From Octopus bimaculoides (Eukaryota), in the NCBI RefSeq assembly GCF_001194135.2, contig NC_068982.1, forward strand, positions 67,055,136 to 67,118,344: a stretch of DNA of 63,209 bases, read 5' to 3'. Numbering within the stretch: position 1 is the stretch's first letter; the number at the start of each line of letters is the position of its first letter. A program made the translations under genes and the position numbers. Shown piece after piece: positions 1 through 12,487 of this stretch. A model generated the notes under the pieces. It saw nothing but the letters and a program-made list of their open reading frames with translations, was not told the DNA's origin and made no database searches.

Positions 1-3
1 ATA

Positions 4-41
<38 letters not shown>

Positions 42-96
42 CACACACACACACATATATATATATACACACACACACACATACATATATATATAT

Positions 97-129
<33 letters not shown>

Positions 130-140
130 CATACACACAC
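1..140. repeat. (TA)n/(CA)n microsatellite
   Basis: Alternating TA and CA tracts. Confidence 0.95.
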
Positions 141-440
141 AGCAAGGTCGTTGCTAGTGCCGCCGGGCCGGCTCCTGTGCAGGTGGCACGTAAAATACAC
201 CATTTTGAGCGTGGCCTTTGCCAGCACCGCCTGACTGGCCTTCGTGCCGGTGGCACGTAAAAGCACCCACTACACTCTCGGAGTGGTTGGCGTTAGGAAG
301 GGCATCCAGCTGTAGAAACTCTGCCAAATCAGATTGGAACCTGGTGTAGCTACCTGGTCTACCAGTCCTCAGTCAAATCGTCCAACCCATGCTAGCATGG
401 AAAGCAGATGTTAAACGACGACAATGATAATGATGATGAT
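141..440 (+). mobile_element. SINE-like family B (tail shared with the RTE LINE 3' end), young copy
   Basis: GGTGGCACGTAAAAGCACCCACTACACTCTCGGAGTGGTTGGCGTTAGGAAGGGCATCCAGC...GTTAAACGA(TGA)n recurs at 24.4, 29.2 and 43.9 kb; CpGs retained. Confidence 0.85.
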
Positions 441-499
441 ATATTTACATATGTATGTATGTGTGTCTGTGTATGTTTATGTGTGTTCTTCTCAGCACA

Positions 500-530
500 T
501 GAGAGAGAGAGAGACAAACAGACAGATAGG

Positions 531-568
<38 letters not shown>

Positions 569-610
569 AACAGACAGATAGGGACAGAGAGAGAAAGATA
601 GTAAGAGAGT
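500..610. repeat. GA/GACA-rich microsatellite
   Basis: Direct reading. Confidence 0.9.
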
Positions 611-1760
611 AGAAATATTTCAAAGCAAATATCACAGTCATGCCATTCCTATTTCACAAACAAAAACCATGAAGATTACAGAGAAGCAATTGTAGAGATT
701 AATACTATTGTGTCGTCATCAGATCACAGCTTCACTGCCTCAAGGCCTCATCAAGTATTACACACATACAAAGCAAGAGATATAGTTATATGCATGATAC
801 TTGTAGCTAACAATAGAGAAGTTAATGGACTAGCTTTGCTAGGCCGTCTATTATTTTCTCAAGAGTGAAGGCTACCTGTTTACTTTTCTATATATTTTGT
901 GATTCACATCAGTTTGTTTAAATTCCTATATATATATATATATATATATAATGTTTGCCAGTCTACTGGCTCCATTGTAACATTAGTGAAGCTGTCACAC
1001 ACCAGTTTTGGTGAAGGTGGGCAGCTAGAATATTTAGTTAATTATGTGAAGCAGAGAAATCTGAAAGAAGTTTTACAGATTGATTTAGGTCTCTAAGGGG
1101 AAAATATCTGCTCTTGTTTATATTTGATAAAATGGATGAATAAATAACAATCATAATGGATATTATAACAGGTAGAGTGACAATAGCAATATATAAATAG
1201 ATAACTTCATAGACAGATAGAAAGGGAAACAGAGGGAGAAAGAGACAGGTAGATAGACAAACATTGATAGAGACATAAGACACACATATACAAAAAATCT
1301 AAGCATGTATTTATGTGTTAATCTTTTTGATTAAATTTATGTCTAATATTTTTACCATCTACAGTCTGGTTGCAAGGTTATAAGGAAAGATGTAAAGGAC
1401 ATAGAAGAGAGGGAGAGAAGAAAAACATAAATGGGTGAGATAGAAATGTCTAGATATTTCTAACATATTTTCCAATCTGTTCATTGTTTGATTTTCATAA
1501 AGTTCTGAAAATGTCTATTATTTCAATCTCAAGTTCATCTGAAGTTTCTGGTTGATTGTATTTCTCTAAGAATATACATTTAGTTATGTGTTGTTTCAGC
1601 TGCATTCATATGTATGCATGCATATTGCGTGTGGGCTTGTAGATCTCATCTTTGTTTTTAAATTATTTGGATTTTATATATAAGGAAGGAATTAGTTTCT
1701 AACAAAGAAAAAGCCCCATCACTGGAATTTGAATGACAAAAAGAATTGGTGTTAAATATC

Positions 1761-1993
1761 CATCATTGTTATCATCATTGTTTTAATGTCCCACATTTCC
1801 AAGCTTGCATGGGTTGGAAAGAGTTTATTGAAGCAGATTTTTTATGGCTGGATGCCCTTTCTGTCACCAACTGTTTCCATGCAATATTTCCCCCCATGGG
1901 TAGACAAGTTTTTGCAGAATATTGGAAATGAATGACACTGCTTGTATGATAATGACATTCATTTACAACTACCGCATAATGTCAAACAAGGAA

Positions 1994-2003
<10 letters not shown>
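1761..2003 (+). mobile_element. SINE-like family E
   Basis: (CAT)n...TTTCCA(T/A)GCTTGCATGGG...GCAGATTTT...GATGCCCTT(C)CTGTCACCAAC motif recurs in at least 8 copies. Confidence 0.75.
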
Positions 2004-2026
<23 letters not shown>

Positions 2027-2027
2027 A

Positions 2028-2172
2028 TGAGCTTTTCAGTTTTTGTTTATCAAACCCACTCACATGGCTTTAGTTGACCTGAAGATAAAGTAGAAGACAT
2101 TTGCCCAGAATACTGAACCTGAAACCATTTAGTTGGGAAGCAAGTATCTTAACCATGCAGCCATGCTTGTGC
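2028..2172 (-). mobile_element. tRNA-head SINE family A (decayed)
   Basis: Reverse complement matches GGCTGTGTGGTAAGAAGCTTGCTTCCCAACC...GGTTCAG...GGGCAAGTGTCTTCTACTATAGC. Confidence 0.7.
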
Positions 2173-2989
2173 TTATGTTGAAATTTAGAAATCTTGTCAA
2201 TTTAAATATAGCCAACTGAGGGATCAACTCCTTTCTGTTAGGGATTATCCCTTCCAATTTGATGTACATAATCCAGTCTATACAGCAGCAGCTTCTTTTC
2301 TGTTTAAATGTTGTCCCATAGCCTTTGGACTCCAAGATTTCACCTGCAAAGCTGTAATCACTATTTGTTGATATTTGATTAATGGTTATTGTCAAATCCA
2401 GAATGCTATGTTGAATCAAGGTGATTAGTAAAGCAGTTTACTCTGCAACTCTTAATGCTGCTGTTTAGGATCTGAACAGACCAAGGAGTAATGACAGTTA
2501 GGAGATAACTCACCATTCGTCTTAATTGCTAGGACTTCCCAGCATCAGACTGTGCCATTCAATGTGATTTAAAATATTGCATATTTTTATTTTCCCACTC
2601 ACACATTGTAATTTGCAATGTATGCATTAACCAGTTAATGTTTTTTTTTTCTCTCAGAATTGTCTCTTTTATTCATTAGTTATTTTGTAGCCATCTACTC
2701 TCGGGTTGTAAAAGCATCTGAAATGTGGCATAATCTATAATCATGCATGAAAGAGAAGTTAACACTCAAAGCATTTCTCTTTCTTACAGCAGCAGCAGAT
2801 GATGATAATGATGAGGAGGATGAGGAGGACAATGACAACAGCAATGATGATGGTGATGATAATGATTCATTCATTAGTTTATTGAAACTATGCCTCAACT
2901 TGTAATCTAATCATTAATTTGATACAACCTGTTGTTTAATTGTTGCTGCATTGTTTAATCTTTATCTATTCTTTATTTGTATAAGATAT

Positions 2990-4066
2990 AAACATTGTTT
3001 ATTCCTTATTTTACAGGTTTGATAATGATTCGTGAAAAAATTGCAATTAAAACCATTTACGCTAACTACGGGGAAAAAACACTGAATGCAAGGGCAGTGG
3101 CAACAGAAATTAATGATGTGCAAAGCCCAAGAAATGTCGACAAACATGTAGTACAAAACTGGTTCAGACATTCCAAGGAAGGTGACACCAGCCTCAAAGA
3201 CAAAGCAAAGGTCAGGGAGACCTTCTTTAGTGAAAAATGAGACCTTGCTTGAAATGGTTGAATGATAGCCAAGCACAAGCACTTGTAAACTGTTGGCAGA
3301 ACTTGGTCCTTCACAAAGCACCACCAACTGACACATCATGAACTGACCAATGACCAGACTCAACAATGTGTGAACATTTGCAAACAATTGCTGACAAATC
3401 CTTGAGATACCTCATTTTGGTGTCAAATTTTATGTGGGGATAGACAATGGATCTATTTTCGTAATCCTAATTAAAGAAATCAGTGGCTTTGTTCCAGCCA
3501 GGCTTCAGAACCTGTTGTCAAACAAGGGCAGTTTGAACAGAAGGTCACGTTGTGTTTGGTGGAATTTCAAGGAGGTGTTGCACTTTGAGCTTTCCCAGAT
3601 GGCCATGCAGTAAACGTTAACCTTCATGCTAAACAACTGCATCAAATATATGATGCTTTAAAAGCCTACTACCCAATATTGGTCAATCAGAAATGCATAC
3701 TCTTATGACATGACAATATCCTAGCACACACTGCCAAAGTGACCAAGTGCAAACTTGAGGGGATGTGAGTGCTGCCTCACCCTGCCTACAGTCCAAGCTT
3801 TGCACCATCAGATTACCACTTTTCAAGCCATGTCTCATTTCCTGCACAGGTGGAGTTTCAACAATGCAGATGAGGTTGAAAATAGGTGCAGGGAGTTTTT
3901 TTGCCTCTAAACTAGTCAAATGGTATGGAATTGAGCTTCTGGCACAATGATGGCAAGAGACAACAGGCTATCATGGGATATAATTTGATAAATAAACACT
4001 TTGTAATTTGTTTGGACAATTATTTAAAGCTTGAAATATGAAAATGCTTTTGACTCAACCTGGTAC
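2990..4066 (+). mobile_element. Mariner (DD34D) transposase pseudogene
   Basis: Translated pieces: HTH-like VVQNWFRHSKEGDTSLKDK, GDRQWIYF, VWWNFKEVLHFEL, HDNILAHTAK, HPAYSPSFAPSDYHF; stops and frameshifts; right TIR-like end TTTTGACTCAACCTGG-TA near 4050-4066; left TIR not found. Confidence 0.9.
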
Positions 4067-4084
4067 ATGGCAATCTCACTACTG

Positions 4085-4242
4085 CCGATGACTCAGTATA
4101 TGCTGTAAAGTGGTTGGCATTTAGAAGGGTGTCCAACCATAGAAACCATGCTAAAACAGATGTCAGAACTCAACACAGTCTTCCGCTCAGTCAGATCCTG
4201 CCACATTGTCAAACCTATGCCAGCGAGGAATACAGATGCTAA

Positions 4243-4287
<45 letters not shown>

Positions 4288-4290
4288 CTT
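4085..4290 (+). mobile_element. SINE family B, 3' part with long (TGA)n tail
   Basis: AAGTGGTTGGCATTTAGAAGGGTGTCCAACCATAGAAACC...CCTATGCCAGC...(TGA)n. Confidence 0.75.
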
Positions 4291-4864
4291 TGACCTCATA
4301 AGTCTAATGAGGCTATTGTTCTAGAATAAATGTAATAAAAGAGTTGCTATACTTTGACAAACTCTACTTAAATAAAGCAAATGTTAAGAAAAAATTAATT
4401 AAACCATTAAACTCTTAACTGCTACCAAGAAATTAAAGCATCAATAGAAGTTGTAGGTTTAGTTCTGTGCAGTGGAGAGTGAAAAAAGAAGTCAAGTCAC
4501 TCACACGTCATTAGTTTTTGTTCTCCCCACCCTATACCCTCAATAGATGACATAAAGCTTTATTCTAACAATATTTACAATGCTAAATAACATTTAAACT
4601 TGGTCATGACATTCTCACAAGGAATATGAATGGCATATAGCCAGGTTAAATATTTGTATCTGTTATCAACAAATGTTTCCTTTATTCTTGGTTAAAATGC
4701 TTTAACTACATAGAATTGACAAGAATGTCACCAACATCATTTTGTGACTTGTCAAATCTCTATTCCTTCAATGGATTCCTATCCCATAATGTCATTTTAA
4801 TGCCAATATTGGTACCACAATTTGGGATACTGGACGTGACATTTGAGGAAATATTCTAGTTTTA

Positions 4865-5130
4865 CATTATCATCATTATCATCATTTTAATGTCCATTCT
4901 CCATGCTCACATGAGTAGGATGAAATGTGTTGAGGTAGATTTTCTATGGCCAGATGCTCTTCCTGTCACCAACCTTTAAATAAATGTTTCCTTTAAAAGT
5001 AAGGTAATATTAGCAACGTGAACAGCACATTGGTTGTACGTTTTCATGGAAGACTACAAATGAATGACACCACTTCTATAATGGTGAAGCTTGTTTACAT
5101 TTAGTATGTAATACCAAAACAAGAAGACCC
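4865..5130 (+). mobile_element. SINE family E
   Basis: Same motifs as 1761-2003. Confidence 0.7.
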
Positions 5131-5184
5131 ATACATACATTTTGAATAAAGCTAATTAATATCTTAAATATTCCTTCTTAATTG

Positions 5185-5340
5185 AGAATCATGACACTGT
5201 GATTATGAAGTTTACTTCAGGTTCAGTTCCACTGCATGATAGCTTGAGTAAATATCTTCTTCTATAACTCAATGTCAGCCAATGTCTTCTGACTAAATTT
5301 GGGAGATGGGAAACTGTACAAAGCCTGCCATGCATACATC
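5185..5340 (+). mobile_element. SINE family A (decayed)
   Basis: CAGGTTCAGTTCCACTGCATG...TATCTTCTTCTATAAC...GGAAACTGTACAAAGCC. Confidence 0.65.
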
Positions 5341-6078
5341 TCTCTTTCTCTCTCTCTCTCTCTCAACTGGTAGTGATGTTAATTAAATCAAATGATATGT
5401 TAGACCTAACATCCAAGCAATAGCATTTTACTACCCAAAGGCACCTCTAGATGATAGAAATATGAAAAGCAAATGAATCAACATAACAAAATGCAAATCT
5501 TCTATGAATCAACTGATTATTCTTTAGGAATTAATCTAAGACTCAAGATCTAACCAAAGCTGAGAAACACCATACTTAGGACAACTGTCAATATTTCACT
5601 TATTTATCACAGTCTTACAAAGTAATTGGTATTGATAACCGACAGCTAAACATGCCATATCATCAAACAAAGAATGGACAGATTGTTGTTGTTGTTAAAG
5701 GAATTATCATTATTATTATTATTATTATTATTAGGTAAAGAAATCATCATATTCACCATCTTTCCAAAATCAAGTTTAGTTATCTTTTTGAATTCAACAC
5801 TTCTACCACCCATGGTGGTGGGATCTGTGATGGTATTGCTTAACACCCACCCTTCGAAATTGCAACCTTGTGCTTAAATTAGAAACAAATACTTGGTAGA
5901 ATCAGTAGTGCAGCAGACTAAAATGCATCCCCGTGCTTCTTCTGATTCTTTATGTTCTGAATGCAAATCCTGTCAAGGTCAACTTTGCCTTTCCTCCCAA
6001 GTTTCATCCCACTGCATGGCACCTTGAATATTGTTGTTGGCACTCTGTCACTTACGACGTCGAGGGTTCCAGTTGATC

Positions 6079-6178
6079 NNNNNNNNNNNNNNNNNNNNNN
6101 NNNNNNNNNNNNNNNNNNNNNNNNNNNNNNNNNNNNNNNNNNNNNNNNNNNNNNNNNNNNNNNNNNNNNNNNNNNNNN
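6079..6178. other. Assembly gap (100 N)
   Basis: N run. Confidence 1.
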
Positions 6179-6211
<33 letters not shown>

Positions 6212-6479
6212 TACATATATATATACATCCACATATATATACATATATACATCCACATATATATGTATACATACATATATATATATATATATTACACATA
6301 CATATGTATATACATACATGTGTGTGTGTGTGTGTGTGTGTGTGCACATGCGTATTAATAATGCTTGAAGCTGAAAGGCTTAACAAACTATTATACTTAG
6401 TTTCATGTTAATGATCACCAGATGGGACTGTTTGATGATTGGTTATAAGAAATGAATTGAATAATTCTGTTTGTTTTAA

Positions 6480-9400
6480 AGCAACATCAACAGTAGAAAT
6501 TTTGCCAGTGGAAAATCAACCCTGAGTTTTTCTCAGACCTATCAAAAGCAGAGCAAGTTTAGCAGTGCCTAGATCATGAACTGTCATCCAGTAATTACCA
6601 CACCATTGAAAATACATTGTGCACTCTAAAGACTGGCATCTCTGCAGCTTGTCAGGAGTTTCTGAATTTCATGGCAGGAGAATACTGTCTCTGGTTTGAT
6701 AAAAACAACACCCAGATAAGAAGTTGATTGACAGAAAGAGAGCAGCTCGCCATGCTTACCAAAACAACAAAAGCTTGTCAGCAAGCACAGGCTGCAATCC
6801 AGAAATAAATATGTGCTATGAAAAACAATTGATAGTAAGTGAAATCACTTGAAATTCAGAAATAGTTTGACACAAGCAGTTTTTTCAGTATAGCTAAAGT
6901 GATTTTTGGCCCAAGTTCAAGTCCTACGTCTGTTGAATTGCAAAATGGTACAAATATTAGGGAGGATAATGTATAGGGTATTTGGGCTAAATTTGGTAAT
7001 CTCTTTACAGGAACTGCTTGATGTATTGGTGAACGGTCAGTGGTGTTGGAGAGCATAAAGATTGAAGTTATAGTTGAGAAAAAGTTAGGTGACTGGAAAC
7101 CATCTGAATATTAGAAATAGCTGCTTGTATCATGATGATTCATGCTGGATATCAAAATGCCAACATTATGATTGCTGTTCAATGCTCTATGAACACTGTA
7201 AAGGTTGTAAGACATGACATGGACAGTTGCAATGAAGACTATGAAGCCATGACCAGCAGGAAGTGACACAGCAGGCATCCTGACTGTGTTCATATGTTGG
7301 AATCCATCCCCACATCTTTGAATGGGACCTTAAGCTCAATTCAGACAGTAATGTGAAGTTACTAGAGACTGTAGTCAATCCCTGGCTGGAAAGAGTTGCT
7401 ACTGGAAATCCATATGTATGGTAGCAGGATTTGGCTTCTTGCCATTTCTCTATCTAGAGTCAGAAGTAGTTGTCAGGGAATTTCTTTGACTTTACCAATC
7501 CTAATTTCTAGCCTCCTAATTCCCCAACTTGTAGTCCCATAGATTACTATGTGTTGGGCACAGCTGAGAAAGACACCTACCACTCTACATACAACACCAA
7601 GGCTGAGTTGGTGGCCAACATCAAGGAGGTGATTGAAGATCTTCCGAGGGACACAGTGAGGAATGCATGTGTCAAGGTCCGTAGCTGTCTTGAGGCCGTA
7701 GGGGAAGCTGAGGGCAGCTACTGTTATCTCCCAGCCATAATCTAGTTGATATTCTTTGATATTTTAAAAATACTTTTATTTTTGGATGGGATATTGTGTT
7801 GTTTTTTTTTTTCATTTCATACAAAATGTCAAATTTAGGTTGAATACCCTGCAACTGTCAATAATCCAAGGAAAAAACATTTGGAAACTTGTTTCATTGT
7901 GTCTGTGCAGCCAATGTAAGATCTCTAGGTTACATCACACTAAAAGCCAATGATAAATAACTTCTGATATAGTTGGACCACAAAAATAAAAAAATTTTTT
8001 TAAATAATCTGTTCCTGAAAATAAAATGGCACCCAGTTCTAATGGAATTCTGATTGAAATATATCTACATCAATTAGAGTATATAGTTTAACAGTAAAGT
8101 TTCAGATATTGTTTTTGCTAATCCGAATGTGAAAGGGATATCAGTTGAGCTCAAATAAGGAACTGTTATAATCATCTTCAAGACAGAGACTCAGATTGTG
8201 CCTTCTAAATTGGAAACTTCTTACCTGCTGGAAAAATTTTGGCTTGAATCCTTCTTGACCAACTTACTTATTCCACTATTGGAGACTTGCCTGTTTGAAT
8301 CTCAAGCTAATTTTTGACACTCCAGAGGCACTATTAATGTGATTTTCAGCACTTATCAGTTGCAAGAGAAACTCTGCAAGCAACATATGCTTTTCTTTGA
8401 CCTCAACATGGCATTTGATTCCATAAATCAAAAACTTCTGTGGAAAGTACCAGTAAAACTTGACTGCCCACAAAACCTCAACATAATCACGTGACTCCTT
8501 TGTGACACCATGACAGCCAAATTACAATGCCATCTTTCCACTAGAGATCAGTTTGAAATGCAAACAGGAATAAAACTGGCATATGTATTTCGCATCTATG
8601 CTCTTTTCCACTTTCCTCTCAGCCATGCTCAAGTTCACACATGGGCAAACTCACACCTGATGTCCATACTGCACAAAATGGTGATGCATTCAACTCTGAC
8701 TGATTCCATGTCAGAACAAAGACTACAACTACTTAGGTAATTGAATTTCAATACATAAGCAGTGCCTCACCGAGTGTGAATTCAGCAACAACTATGCTCA
8801 CCATTATTTTCACTGATGAATATGAGAGCATGGTTCTAACTCTCAGCATAAATGAAATAAAAATCTTGCATCAACTAGCATCCAACAAGTAAGTACTTAG
8901 GTACTTGTTCCAGTCATTTGAGTAAATGGATTGACAATGGAAAATATATAATACTTCCTGTTTTGGGGTTGTCATGTATTACAACCTGTACATATTGATG
9001 AGGCAACCCAGCACTGGATAAAATGCACCAGGTCTATGTTTGTTTGTCTGTGAAGATGAGTATATGAAGATCATGACATGAGACAAACAGCCGAACTTAT
9101 GGTATGTAAGGCTGTTTTACTCACAATATAGTTTTGAAATCTGGATAAGTTATAGGCGACTAATCAATAAGCTGGAAGTATACCATCAGAGATGTCTGAC
9201 GAAAAACATGCACAGGAGTGACCGAGGAGTGTTAGTGTATTTGAGCAAGCCCAATATCTCCTGCATTGAAATCATGCTTTTGTAACCTCAACTTTGAGGA
9301 GCTGACCATGTCATGCAAATGGCAGATCATTTGTTGTCCAAACAATTATTTTACTTCTATTTGATTGAAGGAAACCATATATGAGAAGAATAAAGAAGAG

Positions 9401-9560
9401 TTTCTTTCAAAGACATGAAATAAATTTGAAATGTGGCACCATTGTATATAAGTGAAAATCATTGTTAATTAACCAACACAAGGAGAGATGCATCTACTAT
9501 GATGAAACATGACACTTTGATCCAACATGAACAAACATCTCAATGAAGAATGTGATCATA
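6480..9560 (+). mobile_element. Old RTE-clade (BovB-like) LINE, interrupted at about 7050-7852
   Basis: Linker WFDKNNTQI...AIQK, FFSIAKVIFGP; RT motifs ESQANF-HSRGTINVIF, FDLNMAFDSINQKLLW, FEMQTGIK; C-terminal YRRLINKLEVYHQRCL; many stops. Confidence 0.85.
7050..7852 (+). mobile_element. DD37D (maT-like) Tc1/mariner, internally deleted
   Basis: PWLERVATGNPYVW-QDLASCH...PPNSP-CSPIDYYVLG...KAELVANIKEV...CLEAVGEAEG; ends ...AATACCCTG. Confidence 0.85.
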
Positions 9561-9685
9561 GAAAGCCATGTGAAGCCACAAACAGTGCCTTTTTATTTCT
9601 GTGAACCAACCAGAACCTGGTTTACAATGAACTTGTGGATCCTATATAGTTACATTCGCCTACACAGTTACATTGGCCTACATAT

Positions 9686-10030
9686 TTGGTGAACAGCTTT
9701 CCTCAACTCCTAGGGGTTGCTGGTGATATATGTTACATAGAAAATATAACTGTCTCCTCTCAGTCTTTTTTTATGACTACTATAATGGTCTCTGCTCCTC
9801 AGAGCTGGCTAGTCTTGTACCTTCACTCCTCAGGTATCCTTGTCCCACTTACCTTTCTACCTCTGCACCCTTGATGCATTCAACCTCCGTTTCTTTCGTA
9901 CTAACCATTATGTCCAATCCTTCATCCCCAGAATATAATCCCCCTGGAATCTCTTCCTTGCTCATGTCTTTCCTGCTGGTGTTGACTGGCAACATATTTT
10001 ACACACTATCACCAGTCTCAAAAGCCTTCA
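9686..10030 (+). mobile_element. CR1/Jockey-group LINE 3' fragment
   Basis: FYDYYNGLCSSELASLVPS...RTNHYVQSFIPR..WNLFLAHVFP resembles the CR1-type C-terminus. Confidence 0.7.
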
Positions 10031-10139
10031 AGTGTCATGGGTTCTGCCCTTTTCTTCAAACTTAGAAAATAAAAAGAAATGAGTTTCTTTTGGTTTGCTG
10101 GTACAGAATATACCTTAAATCTATCATCAACATTTCTTG

Positions 10140-10520
10140 ATAAGCCTAGAAACATTGGAAGAAAGGGAGGAGCAGGGAACTATATCAGGCAGTTAAAAGA
10201 GAAGCAAGAGGTCAGGTATACTTTGGCAATGTTCTATGAGGAGAGAATCCGGCACAAGATAGTCCACATTGCTAAACAATGTCTGAAATGTAATATTCTG
10301 GAAAAGTGTGTTTTGAAATGACACTGATGCACTTAACTTTCACCATTCCTGAAAAGAAAGAAGTTTGGAAATGATATTACAAGAGTTTGCTGAACTTAGA
10401 GTACACAGTGAAGTCTAATCCAAGCAACATCAATAGAGGGACCTACTTCTGACAATGACATATGTATGATTGAAAGCACAATTAAAGAGATAAAAAGAAG
10501 AGAGCAGGTGGCTCATCAAG
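10140..10520 (+). mobile_element. RTE LINE linker fragment
   Basis: KEVWK-YYKSLLNLEY resembles the RTE endonuclease-RT linker. Confidence 0.5.
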
Positions 10521-11449
10521 AATAGTCACTGAGATATTGAAAATATTTGATGAAGTAGGACATGCACTGTACACTTGCATAGTTAGTCAAGTGACATATC
10601 ATCATCATCATCATCACCATTATCTGCAACAAGGACAAAAGAAATGCTCCAGAAACAAACATCTGCATAAGTATCAAACCAAGATAGGAATGTAACAGAA
10701 AGAATATTAGCACTGTTTATCAGGAAGAGAATCAGTTTAGATGAGATGTAGTTTGAATTTCTGTGAAGACAGGGTGCTACTGACGTTTTGCCCTTATCAA
10801 ATACTTGTGAAGTTTTTTGGCCTCCTCATCCTTTGAAAAAAACAAAATAGAATTTGCATTCATAAAATTTATCTTTCTTCATCTTAGTTTTGGAGAAATG
10901 TAAAAAAAAGTTTGATGTCATCTTAATTTTGTTAAAAACCAGTAATCAGTTTCCACTTGCTTTTCAATTCTTACAACTTCCTGCTATGAGAAATACTGCT
11001 CTGGGCCATAACAGAGGAATTTAAGACAGACTCTGTAGGAACTTTAATATGTCCATGACCTAGTTGTCACAACTTTGTTGAAGATTTGCCCAAGAAATTC
11101 TAAATATGAAAGGAAAACTGATATTTGAAACTTCAAAGTAAATCTAGCAAAGACAAAAGTTTTAGTTAGCAGAGAAGAAAACAATAAGTGACCATACTTA
11201 ATATGCAGAAAAAGAGTTGGTAAGAAATCTATATGGTGTTTTCAGTGTATGCTTTGGTGCACAAAAGGTGTGATAGAATTGCAAACTAGCTAGCAGAGAA
11301 AGAAACACTGCAAAGGAACAGATGCATAGCTGCAATTAGCAGTAACTACAAGCCTGAAGTAAATTATTTCAGATGCTAAGAAGACTCACTAAAAATAGTT
11401 GATACTGCCTCATACCACCATCCTTCCATTTTCACCACTCACTATTTCT

Positions 11450-11955
11450 GGGAAGGTTGTTGGGGTAGAGTCCTCTGGCACTGCTTCCATGGGGTCCTAT
11501 CAAAAGCAACCCTCATTACATTTTCTGGCTTGATTTCTATGTGTGACCAGCTGAAGTTCTTCTTGTCTTGTAATGGCATTCACTTGGGCTCCTATTGAGT
11601 TCACTGTGGTTGTGAGTTCATAGGAGTTTCAAGGGATGATCAGAGTTCACGAAAACAGTTCCCATCTGTATTTGTAAGCCACCATACATGACCAGTGGCA
11701 GGTTGTTCTCGTGTTATGCCTTCTCGCTGCAGGATGCCCACGGATGCAATCCAACACCATCAGGAAGCAGACAGATTCTGGAACAGGTGCCACCTAGAAT
11801 TCACCATTACTTTCCAGTTAGCCAGGTTGTGGCCCTGGTGTCAGACCTGTCTGCCTTTGGTGACCCTACCAGTGGCTTGAAGTCTCTGACAGCATAGCTC
11901 TGACACTTACTCGTTTAACCTTTCCACCACAATGAGGTCAAGGGTTGGACTTTGA
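11450..11955 (-). mobile_element. RTE LINE 5' UTR-like fragment
   Basis: Reverse strand CCTTGACCTCATTGTGGTGGAAAGG...AGAGCTATGCTGTCAG...CTGGTAGGGTCACCAAAGGCAGACAGGTC matches the RTE 5' leader pattern as I recall it. Confidence 0.55.
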
Positions 11956-12189
11956 GGAAGAACCAGCTGAGATAATAGATATTATCTAATCAGCTCAGTC
12001 TTGATCTACCCTTAGGTATCCTGCCTGTTGACTTGGCTTGAGGAATCCATCATGCAATTCTTTCCTGCAATGTTCTAATCACATGCCACTTATCTAACTG
12101 ACTTAAATGGCAATTGCAATTAGTGTTCTGAAGGCATAGCAGCCAGTGTTCAGGAGAAATGCTTCATTGTTCCATGATACGTGTAATGT

Positions 12190-12475
12190 TAGTGTATGGT
12201 GATCAATGAAACACAAATGAGAAGAGAGAAAAACTGGATGTAAGAGGGTGGTTGTGTAATGTGTATGGCAACTGATAGTTGAGTGAAGAAGTACCAAGCA
12301 ATCTAAGTGGAGAGAACCCTAGGAGAATGTGAGAAGAAATAATGGAAGTTAGTCTTACAATGCTGAATCTCAAAAAGATGACCAGTGATTGTGACAAAAA
12401 GAGAGAAGGTGTGATGGAGGGGATCCAACTAACTCAAGAAAACATTGGAAAACAGACATAAATAATGATGCTCAT
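12190..12475 (+). mobile_element. Decayed RTE 3' fragment
   Basis: Mirror-similar to 12760-13050 on the opposite strand. Confidence 0.5.
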
Positions 12476-12487
12476 ATATGATATATT

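Noticed and set aside
899-1096. Protein-like ORF ...GEGGQLEYLVNYVKQRNLKEVLQIDLGL
   Set aside because: Begins in a TA microsatellite, has no good donor and no recognisable family; cannot be separated from chance.
2690-2741. Possible plus-strand terminal exon IYSRVVKASEMWHNL*
   Set aside because: Short, with only an acceptor, and on the opposite strand to the other exon candidates.
4093-4299. Poly-His ORF
   Set aside because: Translation of the (TGA)n SINE tail on the opposite strand; not a gene.
6075-6078. GATC abutting both 100-N gaps (also 46018-46021)
   Set aside because: Each GATC lies inside a high-copy repeat; technical or chance, not biological.
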